Assembly (NCBI RefSeq): GCF_006345805.1
Contig: NC_043002.1
Location: 54,932,001 to 54,996,000 of the forward strand
Source: Octopus sinensis
Taxonomy: Eukaryota
DNA length: 64,000 bases
Reading direction: 5' to 3'
Shown here piece after piece: positions 38,791-51,420 of this stretch. Every line of letters starts with the position of its first letter. Positions within the stretch are counted from its first letter, which is position 1. Both the position numbers and the translations under genes were made by a program. The notes beneath the pieces are model-generated. The model was not told the origin of the DNA. It made no database searches and saw nothing but the letters and a program-made list of their open reading frames with translations.

Positions 38791-40257
38791 AGGAAAGTGT
38801 CTGTCTTCATCCCTTTTAAATCTGGACAGTTTAGGTAAAGAGGCCAGTCGATTGCATCACTCCCAGTACTTGAATTCTACTTTATTTTATCGTTCCCGAA
38901 AGAATGAATGGCAAAGTTGGCTTTGACAGGATTCGTGCATGTTTGCTTTACATTTCCTTGAGAGTCTCCATAAACTAAACAAACCAGTTATATATTGGAG
39001 TCAGTTCACTTGGCTAACTCACCAATCACCCCACTGAAAAAAAAATCTGTTATGAACGGTATGTATTTGCAAGGGGTTACAGGATGAACCTCTTCACGAA
39101 TCGAACCCGCGACTAACTCTTAGTTGTAATTGTTTTAAATAACTCGATAATTCTTGTGGTAAAGTCACAAACCGCATGAATGTCGCAATTTCCGTCCCTT
39201 TTTATCCTGAAAATAAATAAGTACACTCACATATTGATGGATATTTCTGGTCACAAACGGTGAGGTAACTGTTTTTTTTTTAAAACATTACTACAGTAAA
39301 TAAATAACTATAAACGATAATTTTTAAGCATTTTACAGCAATTTAATACGATTGAGAACAGCGTAAACATCACAATCTGCTATATCTCCTCTTCAGGGTT
39401 TAACTGAAATTAACCAATATATATAATGTCAGGGATTTATTTGAAATCATTACTTTCAGGTAATATTTATCTCAGTAAAAAAGCACTTATAATATATATC
39501 ACCCCTTCTTTATCTGATTTCCTTATTCCATGTTTATGTGCACCGAGACATTGTATATGAGGCTCTTCATTTTTCTTATCAACATTTCCAGGTATTTTTA
39601 AAAATGTGATTTGAAAACGCCTATCTTTATCCTTCCCTGATATGTTATCTAATGGACCGCCATGTTTGATCAGCATACAACTCTTGGTTTTTAATCTGTT
39701 CTCTGTTTGTAAACCTACTTCGTTTATCAACAACAACACCAAGTATATATATATATATATATGTGTGTGTACTTGATAAATGGCTTTGTGATGTCACACA
39801 GTATGTACCTCGGTGAATTTTCATTGGCAGGATCGCTACATCCTGTACGGAACCGAGTATTTAAGCAAATGTCTATGTTTTAAGAAGAGAGCACGTGACT
39901 CCAGTTATATTCAGTCTCTGGCAGAAAGTCTGCAAAATCTTGAAAACGCGTCAGTTTCTCATGTATTTTCATTATTTTCGATTTGAACCTCAACACTTTT
40001 CCCAAATTGCTTCTCTACAGTCGGTGCAGGAGTAGCTTCATGCTTAGCAATCACGTGTCTTTTATTTCGATTCTGCTTCGCGGCGGCACCTTGCTCCTCG
40101 ACTCCATACTTTGTGTGTTTAGCAAAATTCCAGTTAATTCTCTTCGGCTACCCGCACACCCGACTCTATTTAACTGGGTTCTATATTTCTTTATTTTTAC
40201 AACAGCAATGGTTGCCTTCATAATGCTATGAGCAGAACATATTGTACATATATATCT

Positions 40258-40580
40258 TTTATCTTTTACTTGTTTCAATCATTAGACTGCGGCCATGCTG
40301 GAGCACCGCCTTCAAGAATTTTTAGTCGAATGAATCGACTCCAGTACTCTTTTTTTTAAAGCCCGGTACATATTCTACCGGTTCTCTTCTGCCGGACAGC
40401 TAAGTTACAGGGACGTAAACACACCAACACTGGTTGTCGAGCGGTGGCAGGTACAAACAGACACACACACATACACACACTTTCCATCTACCAAATCCAC
40501 TCACAAGGTGCCATGCAGTGGGACTGAACCCTGAACCATGTGATTGGGAAGCAAGCTACTTACCACACAGCCACCCCTGC
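40258..40580 (-). mobile_element. SINE family C
   Basis: Homology to 2200-2578. Confidence 0.8.
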
Positions 40581-40944
40581 GCATATATGTAAAATATGTA
40601 ATATATATGTATAATATATACACATATAATAAATGTGAAACACATTTTTATTTTTAGATGTTTTAGCTTCATCTTTTTATGAAGTTTGTATGTGTGTGAG
40701 TTTCTATGTTTCCGCTTGAGCCCTTGGAGATTACACGGAATAACAGAGGTATCCTGAATCTTTAAATTTTTCCGGATTTTCACAGTCTCATCTTCTGGAC
40801 GAAGAGGTGTAGCCGCATGTTGCTTTCCTTTTATTCCAAAATCACTTTAATCTAAAAATTCGGTTGTTATGGCCAAGAAGCATCGTTCACAGACACAGTA
40901 ATTGTACAGTTTCAAACAACCTGCAAAAAATAAAAGAAAAAAGC

Positions 40945-41235
40945 ATTCCACAGACACGTCTACCCTTAACGTAGATCTCGGAGAGGTTCAACGTGACACA
41001 GTGTGACAAGGCTGGCTCTTTTGAAATACAGGTAAAAACAGAAACAGGAAGAAAGAGTGATAGAAAGTTGTGGTGAGAGTGTATAGCAGGGTTCGCTACC
41101 ACTCCCTGCCTGAGCCTCGTGGAGCTTTAGGTGTTTTCGCTCAATAAACACTCACAAAGTCCGGTCTGGGAATCGAAACCGTGAGCCTACGATTACGAGT
41201 CCACTGCCTTTTAACCACTGGCCCATTTCGTCTCC
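40945..41235 (-). mobile_element. SINE family D2
   Basis: Homology to 36030-36362. Confidence 0.8.
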
Positions 41236-41382
41236 ACGCACACATACGCACACACACTCACACACACACATATAAAATGTGTGTGCGCGCGCGGATACGT
41301 TAGGTGTGAAAACATCATGTCTTGTAAATTACAAAAAAAGTAATTGAAACAAACTTATTAAAATTTCAGGCACTTTTGGGAC

Positions 41383-41421
<39 letters not shown>

Positions 41422-41971
41422 ATGCATGCATTATACATATACACACTGACACACAGAAGTTATATGTAAGCAAATAGATATCAGACAACCGTCGATTTGT
41501 TATTATATATCTATAATAAATCTAGTCCGGTGTAGCCGGGTACACTATCACCTTGGAAGCCGCCGCCGCCTCCGCTTAAATGGCTCTGTTCCTATTGAGA
41601 ATATCTGTTGAGTGAGTTTCTTTTCATCAGAAATGGGATGTAGACTTTCATCTCCTTTTCTTATGTTTGCTCTGTGAAATGTTTGTGTGATAGTTTTGCG
41701 CCATCCCGTCTTCAACTCTTGCCTTCGTCTTTACTGATTCAAACGAACACGTTTGCCTCGCTAGGCGTGGGAACCATTACGGAATGTGGAGTTTATGGGA
41801 TCATTCAATTCATTTCTTTAAAAACATGTTGACTCAAGGCTCCTGTTTATGTGACTGCGTTTGCTGCTGATTTCTTGTTCACTTGTTCTTTCTCTTCCTT
41901 TACTCTTTTCTAGGACAGGTACAAACTATGCTTATATCAACACACACACACAAATCAATACTTGCACGTAT

Positions 41972-42011
<40 letters not shown>

Positions 42012-42440
42012 GAATGTAAGCATATATATAACCCTAGATAGCAACCTTTTGTTAGCGAAACTGAGCAACTTTCAACCAATCCCAACAGGATAAACACACA
42101 CACACACACACGTACGTGTACGTACAAATTTATGATGTTTACCTCTTGTTGTTACTATTTATTCCTCCTTTTAAGACAGATATGAAAATATTACTGTTTT
42201 CTAAATATCTTTTGTTTGGCGACATCATTAACTGTTAATGGCTGTTAATTGAACAGAGGGGAAAAAAATTCCGATGCTGGTTAAAAGTATCAAAAAGTGC
42301 CTAAGCCACGCCTTATCACGTCCACAATGGCTGCGTCAGGGATTAGGGAAAAGACGGACGCCATAGTATGTGTGTACACTGTCTCTTCTCTGTTTATGCC
42401 ATGGCAAAGTCTCATCAATAAAGCGATGCAAGATTCAGAG

Positions 42441-42717
42441 CAGTGGATCTCAGATGGGTCCATATGACGGTTAGGGGTCCACATGACTCTTAGGAGTCCA
42501 TATGGTCCTTGGATGGGGGCGTAGTCCATATAAGATTTTGTTAAAATTAGTGTACAATACAAGAAATATTTTAACATTTTTTAAAACACAATTCCTAACT
42601 AATTAAAAAATATACAATAGGATTTTGTTAACATTGAATGACTATGAGTGTCCATCCGAACAATATGCGTTCCAAGGGGGTTCATGGGTTAAAAAAAAAA
42701 AGGCTTGAGAACCCCTG
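42441..42717 (+). mobile_element. hAT (Charlie-type) MITE
   Basis: CAGTGGATCTCA..TGAGAACCCCTG termini; imperfect 8-bp TSD ATTCAGAG/ATTTAGAA; same family as 59971-60343. Confidence 0.75.
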
Positions 42718-43172
42718 ATTTAGAAAAAAGGAATGACGGCTAAAACGTTATTTGTTAGAATAATGTAGTGATGTCTTCGACAAGTTAAGTAATTCTTAGA
42801 GTGACAGAAGAGCCAATGATTTGGTGTTGCTCGTTTATGTTTAACTGAACGTTTTTGGTCCCTTAGGGATCGGCACTCCAAGTCGACTTGGGCATAGTTT
42901 GAACCCAGGATGAAATTAAATATCGTTAAAAAGGAATCATTTTTGTTTGGCTCTCTGCTCTGTTACTGTGCCGTTCTTGTGGTTCCATAAAATTATATTC
43001 TTTGTTACGAAGCCTTGAAATGAGGGGCGGGGTTTGCCGATTAAAGGACCTCCAGTTTATTACTGGTATTTTATTCATCATCTTCTGACTGTAGAGGAGG
43101 GATTTGAGTTTAACTGAAAGATTGTGTGTGTGTGTATATATATATATATTATATATATATATATTATATATA

Positions 43173-43217
<45 letters not shown>

Positions 43218-43220
<3 letters not shown>

Positions 43221-43599
43221 ATATAAACGGCAGTTTGTCTGTGCGTGTTTCTGTGTGTCTGTTTTCTCGTACCCTCACCCTGACCACGGCTTTCAACCGA
43301 TTCTGATGAAACTTGACACACACATAGCCCAATGTCATAATTCAAAACTAACGCAGCGAAAATTTTGAAAAGTTCCCCCAGTTCTGAAAAAAATCGATAA
43401 ATTCGACATGGGGTCGAGAATAAAAAAAAACAAACCACAGACTGTCTAGGGGACGCAACTCAACCTTTTATTACTCTCAAAAAAAAAATTTACCATCATT
43501 TTTTTCCCATTTTTTTGCTATTTTTTGGCTATAACTCTCTAAAAATGCTTTATAGTTATTTCCCTTACAAACCTGAGCAACGCCGGGCGATACTGCTAG
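43218..43599 (+). mobile_element. Non-autonomous Helitron (Lep1-like), copy 2
   Basis: A|TC start, 3' hairpin plus CTAG|T, inside (TA)n. Confidence 0.8.
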
Positions 43600-44443
43600 T
43601 ATATATATATATATCGTTGTTTTTTAGGCCCATGCCAGCTCTGATCAAGCAGACTTATGGTTAAAGTTACTCCGACATTGACCATCCCGCCTTTCACTTA
43701 AACACAGTGTATCTTGGACTACAGTATCTGATGTGACATTTTAATAAATACTGTTGTGTAACTTGAGGGAGGATTTAGTTGCCATTTCTAGCAGGTTGAG
43801 TGCTGGCCTAATGGTGTCCCCTGGAACGAAGTGGTACAATGGACAAGGTAGTCAACTGTCTGATCACAGAGTACCGAGTTCAAATCTGACAGTTGCCATT
43901 TCGACAAAACATTCTCCACATAATATCTCAGTTCATCTATCCACCTGTCTGTCAAGAAGGAATGAGACTTGGCCAGTTCAAAATGGAATTAACAACCTAA
44001 TTGGTCGTCCTTGTTCAGGTGAGGATCAGGATTCTGGTTGTGACCTGCGGTTGAAGAATGACCCACTCCAATTCAAACTCATCATGGAGCCATCTTCACC
44101 AATTATTCTATATATATATATATATGGTCGAATACGGAAAAAATACAGAACCATGAAGGAACTTAGTTAAATTCGGTAATTTTTAATGGTTTCAATGATT
44201 TCATTTCGATTCCTTTCAGATCGCGAGTGTGTGTGTGTGTGTGTGTGTGTAACCGTTGCTATCTATCCGTCTGTCTGTCTGTCTTTTCTTCTCAAACACA
44301 TGGTTCCTGGTTCAGTCTCACTGCATGACACCTCCGGCAAGTGTCTTCTACTTAAGCCTCGGACCGGACAAAGTCTTGTGAGTGAAATTCCTAAACGGAA
44401 ACTCGAAAGAAGATCCATATATATATATATATATATATATATA

Positions 44444-45075
44444 GGAAATCATTTTTTTCTCTAACGCAGAATAATGCTAACAGGATAGCACGAACAGAAT
44501 AAACTATCCATATTTTGCAGAAAAATTTGTCAGCTGCCAGCCGTGAGACTCAAACTCACATCCCTGTGATTACCGGTCATAGTGCTTTGCAGGAATGTGA
44601 GTTCGAGTCCCATGGCTGGCCGCTGACAAATCTTTCTTTAAAATATGGATAGTTTATCCTGTTCATGCTTTTCTGTTAGCATTATCCTGCGTTTGAGAAT
44701 AAAATTAATTCCTTATCTGTATCTTTCAATACATCTCAACGCTTCTAAAGCAAACTTTGTTTGTTGACTTTCATCGCAGTTTGAATTTAACATTAGCGTC
44801 TTATATAAATCCCCAAATGGCAAATTAGTTTGTCACTGGGCAGTTTTTAGCTTAACGGTTAAAGCACTGTAACCGGTAATCACAGGGATGTGAGTTCGAG
44901 TCCCATGGCTGGCCACTGACAAAGTTTTCAGCAATATATGAATAGTTTATCCTGTTCATGCTATTGTATTAGCATTATCCTGCGTTTGAAAATAAAATTA
45001 TTTCCTTATCTGTATCATTCTATATACATCTCAACTCTTCTAAAGCAAATTTTATTGATTTTCAACGTAAGTTGA
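44444..45075 (+). mobile_element. Tandem (~293-bp period) plus inverted repeat containing a tRNA-like cloverleaf
   Basis: Inverted arm 44444-44587, forward copies from ~44590 and ~44830; GTGAGTTCGAGTCC recurs at 44597 and 44890. Confidence 0.8.
44839..44915 (+). pseudogene. tRNA-like sequence (Thr-like, GGT in loop), probably a Pol III promoter of a repeat rather than a functional tRNA
   Basis: D stem GCTT/AAGC; anticodon arm CTGT(G/A)A-CCGGTAA-TCACAG; T loop TTCGAGT; C rather than U at position 33; irregular acceptor stem. Confidence 0.55.
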
Positions 45076-45619
45076 ATATATATATATGTGTGTGTGTGTG
45101 TGTGTCTGTGTTTGTACCCCCAACACCACTTGACGGCGTTGGTTCGTTTACGTTCTCATAACCAAGCGGTTCAGCAAAATAAGCCTATAGAATAAGGCTT
45201 AAAAAAAGTACAGGGGTCGATCGATTCATTTGACTAAAATTCTTGAAGGCAGTGCTCCAGCATAGCCGCAGTCTAATGACTGAAACAAATAAAAGATTAA
45301 AGCCTATTGATTTTACGTGTGAGGTGTAATTTTACGTGTCAGACGTAATTGAGTAGATTTATGATCAAAGGCAATCTAAACATGACTATCCTGCTATTTT
45401 CCGACATAGTCTACCTTTCGATTACATTTTTCAATGTGTCCTTCATTTTTAAAGACGGTAATGTATCGTTTAAGAAAGATTTGGCTGCTATTTCTCGTAC
45501 AAGTGACCAACAAGATCGAGACACTGTCGCTGTCAGAGCGTTTCAAAGAGAATTTAATTTAAAGCTAATTAAAAAAATTGAGTTGATTTAATTAGTTTCA
45601 TCAAATTAATAGAGGGAAT

Positions 45620-45775
45620 TTACGTTCTGAGTTCAAACCTCGGTGAGGTCAACTTTGTCTTTCATCCCTTCGAGGTCGTTAAAATAAAGTACCAACTAAG
45701 TACTGCAGATCAATATAATCGATTAACTTCAATTCCTCTTCAAAATTGCTGGCCTTGTGCCGAAAATATGAAACA
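45620..45775 (+). mobile_element. SINE family B, old partial copy
   Basis: TACGTTCTGAGTTCAAA and central motif. Confidence 0.65.
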
Positions 45776-46214
45776 ATCCCCTTCTTCACCAACAATCACA
45801 ATGAGCTGATGTCGCTACGGTGGCTTGTCTAACGGTTACGTATTTTATTTATTTATTTTCTATTCTCGACACCCCGTGGTTGGTATTGTAAGCAGTAGAG
45901 CAGAGTAAGTATGTAGGTAGGTAGATAATGTGTGTGTGTGTGTGTGTACAATTGTTCGGTTGAATTGATGACATGAGCATTTGAGTTAATTAAAAAGTAA
46001 TTTATGTCAACGGAATTTCAAGACGAAACAAGAAGATTATTCTTCGATGGAACTAGGTTTAAATCTTAAGCATTTTGGCAAGGGAAGATGAGGGGCGGAG
46101 AAGGTGCTCTAAGAATGATCATAATTACACACACACACACACACACATGCATAAAACAAAAAGTGCATGCATGGATGTGTGCATGTATATATATATATAT
46201 ATACATCTGAGTCG

Positions 46215-46530
46215 TGGCACTCCGTCGGTTGCAACGACAATGAGGATTCCAGTTGATTCTATCAGTGGAACAGCCTGCTCTTGAAATGAATGTGCAAGTG
46301 GCTGAGCACTCCACAGACATGTGTACCCTTAACCTAGTTCTCGGGGAGATTCAATGTGACACAGAATGGCTGCTTTGGAATTACAGGTACAGCTTTTTTT
46401 TTTACTGGGTGAGTGGAATGGAGAAATGTGAAATAAAGTGTCCTGCTCAAGGACACAACTCGCCACCTGGAATCGAACTCACCACCTTACGATCGTGAGC
46501 CGAATACTCTAACCGCTACGCCACGAGCCT
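46215..46530 (-). mobile_element. SINE family D1
   Basis: tRNA head at ~46530 and D tail. Confidence 0.75.
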
Positions 46531-47059
46531 TCACAAAACGAAAAGAAATATTCATACATACATTGAATTTTTCCACCGTCTAGGCTTAAAAAAGCCCTTA
46601 TTGTTGGTTTCCTTGTCCTGTCTTTTACTGTTTTTATCTTTATTTGTACTTTTTTTTTCTTTATTTGTATTGCTTTTACGTCCTGTTCTTGTCACCTTTT
46701 TTTACCACTCCGCAAAAAATTTTTTTTAAATTCATTTTGCGGGAAGGGTTGTTTCAATGTAGTCGTGTTCTGCCCTTACCTTCGAAACACGCAATGAGTC
46801 GAAACAGAGGTAGCTGAAGAAGGGGAATGTTCCCTCTGTTGTTTGTCTTGTACTCTGTTTTTTCGTTGTTAAAAAAAGCCCGTATCCTTGTTTTGTTTTT
46901 ATGTTTTCGTTTCTCGTTGTGTTCTACGTTTATTTGTGGTGTCCTGTACTCATATATGCATGTATATATACATATAGATGTAGGTATGTACATATATGTA
47001 TGTATGCATATGTTTTATTTATTTAATTGTTATTATATACATATATATCAATGTATGTA

Positions 47060-47187
47060 CAGTAATCCCTCGCCATATCACGGTTTATCATTTAAGCTTA
47101 CGTCAATTCCTCCATGGTGTTGTTTTGCATTTATAATAAAATAAATATATACAAATTATAAAAATGATAATAGTCGAGGGATTACTG
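47060..47187. mobile_element. pogo/Tigger-type MITE (128 bp)
   Basis: TA|CAGTAATCCCTCG ... CGAGGGATTACTG|TA. Confidence 0.85.
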
Positions 47188-47208
47188 TATTATGTGTGTG
47201 TGTGTATG

Positions 47209-47250
<42 letters not shown>

Positions 47251-47338
47251 TACAAGCATGCACATAATACGCATACACATACATGAACGGGTACATACAT
47301 ATACATGCACACGTCCATCCATCCGTACATCTATACCT

Positions 47339-47371
<33 letters not shown>

Positions 47372-47654
47372 TCCATCCATGCATACACACATACAAAAAA
47401 AATATCGCGTCCTCAATGGCTGACAGAGTCGTTGTTATTTGTTGGTGCCTGGTCGTTATCCACTTCGTGACATCTTAACTGTTTCATCCTCCATTGAAGC
47501 TCCTTAAAGCCATTATTACATACTAACTCTGTGTCACTACTTTCCGAGTTTCTGTCGCCGAGCTAATAATAAATACTTGTTGTCTCCCAGTCTACCACCA
47601 TCAACCATAATGCTTAGAAAAGGACGGTTATAAAAATAATGCTTTCTATATCTG

Positions 47655-47690
<36 letters not shown>

Positions 47691-48757
47691 CTTTCTTGAT
47701 TTAGAATATTCATCTATGAAGATGATGGGAGAAAAGGAGAGAGATAGAGGGAAAAGAAAAGAGAGCGCAAGGCCATCAGGTCCGTCTCGTTCTTCTCTCT
47801 CAATAAATATATATGCATGTCTGTGTGTATGTGTGTAGTTATAAAAAAACGAGAATAAAATAAAACAAACAATAGTGTTGTAGAAGTTTTGTAATTTATT
47901 GCTGTGAATGGATAAACAAAAATAAACCAACAAAAATAAACAAACAAAAATTAATAGTTGCAAATGTTGGTCGCAGCTTCAGTCTATATAGAAACACCCC
48001 ACCGCCATCAACACCCTATACATAGACGTGCGCGCGCGCGCGCCACTGGTGTGCAGCGACAACCAGATAATGACACAGTGCAACAGGTTTGGTCGTTTAC
48101 CACTCCTTGCTGGTGTTGTTGTTAGTATTGTTGTGACTGTTATTGTGTAACCAATCCAATAAATATGTGTCTTGTGTAATCATATCTGTGAATCGGTGTG
48201 TGTGTGTGTGTGTGTATGTTAGAGAGAGAGAGAGAGAGAGAGCAAACGGGATGGAGAAACGATACAGCTAACGAGATAGTGTGTGTGTGTGTGCGCACAT
48301 CCTTCACTGGGTCTCTCAACTTTTAGTAACGCCATCGTTTTAAAGCTTGGTGGAGCCCCTAATCTCGCCAGGTTTGAGGGCACAGTTAATTTCTTCGAAG
48401 AGAGCAGAATGCAAGCGGGCCCCAGAACTAGTGTTTTTATTCAAAACAACTGATAGGATTAAAAAGAAAAGTGACAGCCTCGACGGGATTCGAACTCACG
48501 AGTAGAGCGGGTTAGTGCGGGTTACTCAAATCATTTCTAGCCGATTCTTTAACGAGTCTGTCAAATCAGTCGCCCACCTTAACCTAATTGCAGAGATGAA
48601 GAGGCGCACAATGACAAACCCAATCTTTCACACGCATCCCCCTCTTTCTCTCTCTCTCTCTCTCTCCACACCCCTACCACATTTTCCTCCCTCTTTCATT
48701 TTCTATTCCTCCCTTCATTTTCCTTCCCTCCCTCTCTATATATAGCATGTGTGTGTT

Positions 48758-48801
<44 letters not shown>

Positions 48802-49049
48802 ATATAATATATATATTTCTTTGTATACAGACGGTGAGAGTATGTTGTACGTGCAAAAAGGAAAAAAAAAGAATATACCTCACACACACACACACACACA
48901 CACTGACGCACACACACATTTACATGTATAGGAGAGATAGACAGACATATTTACTCTGTAAGTTGTCGAACAAGGATGTAGAAGGAAAAACTATGTGAAA
49001 TTTCTATAGGTGGTGGTGGTTTGAGATGATGTAGTTGCGCTTGTATGCT

Positions 49050-50110
49050 GCCCGATCATATATGTAGATATGTATATGTACATATCTATATGTATATATA
49101 TATATGTGTATGTATGTATATGTATATATGTATGTATATATATGTGTATATATGTATGTATATATATATGTGTATATATGTATGTATATATATGTGTATA
49201 TATGTATGTATATATATGTGTATGTATGTATATATATGTGTATATATGTATATATATATATGTGTATATATGTATATATATATATGTGTATGTATGTATA
49301 TATATGTGTATATATGTATATATATATATGTGTATGTATGTATATATATGTGTATATATGTATATATATATATGTGTATGTATGTATGTATATATATATA
49401 TGTATATATATGAGTATATATGTATATATATGTGTATATATATGTGTATATATGTATATATATATGTGTATATATGTATATATATATGTGTATATATGTA
49501 TATATATGTGTATATATGTATATATATATGTGTATATATGTATATATATATGTGTATATATGTATATATATATGTGTATATATGTATATATATATGTGTA
49601 TATATGTATATATATATGTGTATATATGTATATATATATGTGTATATATGTATATCTATATGTATATATGTATATATATATATGTATATAGTATACATGT
49701 ATATATGTATGTATGTATATATATGTATAGCATATATGTATATATTTATGTATATATGTATATATATATATAGCATATGTGTATATATTTATGTATATAG
49801 TATATATGTATTTATATATATATAATATATATGTATATATGTAGTATATATGTATGTGTGTGTATATATATGTATATATGTAGTATATATGTATGTGTGT
49901 GTATATATATATGTATATATGTAGTATATATGTATGTGTGTGTATATATATATGTATATATGTAGTGTATGTGTGTATATATATATATAGTATATATGTA
50001 GTGTATGTGTGTATATATATATATAGTATATATGTATTTATATATATATATAATATATCTGTATATATGTGTATGTTTATACACATATATATGTGTATGT
50101 TTATACACAT
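49050..50110. repeat. (TA)/(TG) compound microsatellite with higher-order units
   Basis: Direct inspection. Confidence 0.95.
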
Positions 50111-50674
50111 TGAGGCGATCCAACGAAGCTACACAAAGAAGATAGCCTCTATGCAGAATGTAAGCTACTGGAAAAGACTCAAGAGATTAAAATTATATTC
50201 CCTGGAGCGTAGGCGGGAAAGATATGCCATAATATACATCTGGAAGATCCTGGAGGGAAGTGTCCTGAACTTTGGCATCGAGAGTTACGCAAATGCCAGA
50301 ACTGGGCGCCACTGCGTGGTGCCTAGGACTCCAAACCTGCCATCAAGATGTAGGACAAGATTCTGTGATAGCCTGGGCTTCCGAGGCCCACAGCTCTTCA
50401 ATATCCTCCCGAAGAACCTGAGAGACCTGCATGGGGTGGATACAGATGTCTTTAAAATGAAGCTGGATCTCTTCCTCTCAGGTGTCCCAGATGAACCAAC
50501 TTCACGCAGGAGGGGCAGATGAGGGCAGCTGCATCGAACTCTCTCATGCACCAAATAGCAGTTGCTAGAAAGCCTCCATGAAGTGAAACCAAGTAGCAAC
50601 ACCAAATGGTGGCGGTGCCCCAGCATGGCCACAGCTCATAAGCTGAAACTAGAATCAATCAATCAATCAATCAA
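50110..50674 (+). mobile_element. 5'-truncated L2/CR1-superclade LINE with 3'UTR and (TCAA)n tail
   Basis: [60 protein letters not shown]. Confidence 0.88.
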
Positions 50675-50689
50675 ATATATATATATACT

Positions 50690-51350
50690 CTTTTACTCTT
50701 TTACTCTTTTACTCTTTTACTTGTTTCAGCCATCCGGCTGAGGCCATGCTGGGGCACCGCCCTTGTTGCTACCCTCTCTAAGTCCAGTTTGCCGTGGCTG
50801 GCCACTGATCTAAGAGAGAGTTTGTAGCTGCTGCCCTTAGGTTACCTTCGTACCTTGCAGTGGGTTCATCTGGGATCCCGGAAAGCAGCTTGTCTAGATG
50901 TTTTTTGAAAATGTCCACATCCGCATCATGTAGATCTCTTAGTTTTCTTGGCAGTTTGTTGAACAGCTGAGGGCCCCTGAACCCCAGGCTATTACAGTAT
51001 CTGCTCCTTACCCTGGATGTGGAAGACGGGACCTTTGGCACCACACAGTGACGTCCTGTACGGGGATTGGAACAGATATATGTATATCTGTATATATATA
51101 TATATATATATAGTATATATGTATGTATATGTATATAACATTTTGCATTGAGACGATTTTCTTTGTGTAGCTTCTCTGAGTTGCTTCGAGTTCTGCTGTT
51201 TGTTTTATATTGTGTGGTGACCAAAGTTGGGAGCAGTAGTCCAAGCGGCTGAGGACAAATGTTTTCCATAGGACCATCAGTGTCTCCTTCTCTCTTGTTC
51301 TGAAAGTTCTGAAAGTTCGGAGAATCCATCCAGCTAGCCGTCTGCTTTTA
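50690..51350 (-). mobile_element. Second L2/CR1-superclade LINE copy, opposite strand, with (GAGTAAAA)n-type tail
   Basis: VLWKTFVLSRLDYCSQLWSP..TKKIVSMQNV / SNPRTGRHCVVP..DEP; 3'UTR continues into GGCGGTGCCCCAGCATGGCC. Confidence 0.88.
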
Positions 51351-51379
51351 TCACCAGATTAGCAATATGCATTTGGAAA

Positions 51380-51387
51380 GATGCATC

Positions 51388-51420
<33 letters not shown>

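Larger units (their letters stand above)
44300..45295 (+). mobile_element. SINE C split at its internal microsatellite by a 44444-45075 insertion
   Basis: Head at 44300-44415; body and tail resume at 45076-45295. Confidence 0.72.

Noticed and set aside
39467-39742. 91-aa ORF with protein-like composition
   Set aside because: No convincing splice sites or recognisable motif
39915-39957. CTGGCAGA..AAG/CTT..GAAAACGCGTCAG, resembling a decayed PLE hammerhead
   Set aside because: Core is mutated and stem I is only 2 bp
44745-44790. GCGATGAAAG..CTTTAGAAGC hammerhead-like segment on the minus strand of the tRNA-like repeat
   Set aside because: No CUGANGA or GAAA core, no room for stem III, and not conserved in the second copy
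46765-46835. GAAAC..GTC..CTGAAGAAGG arrangement (similar at 54223-54269, minus strand) suggesting a type II hammerhead
   Set aside because: Stem I cannot form between the triplet and CUGA; at most a degenerate PLE-like relic
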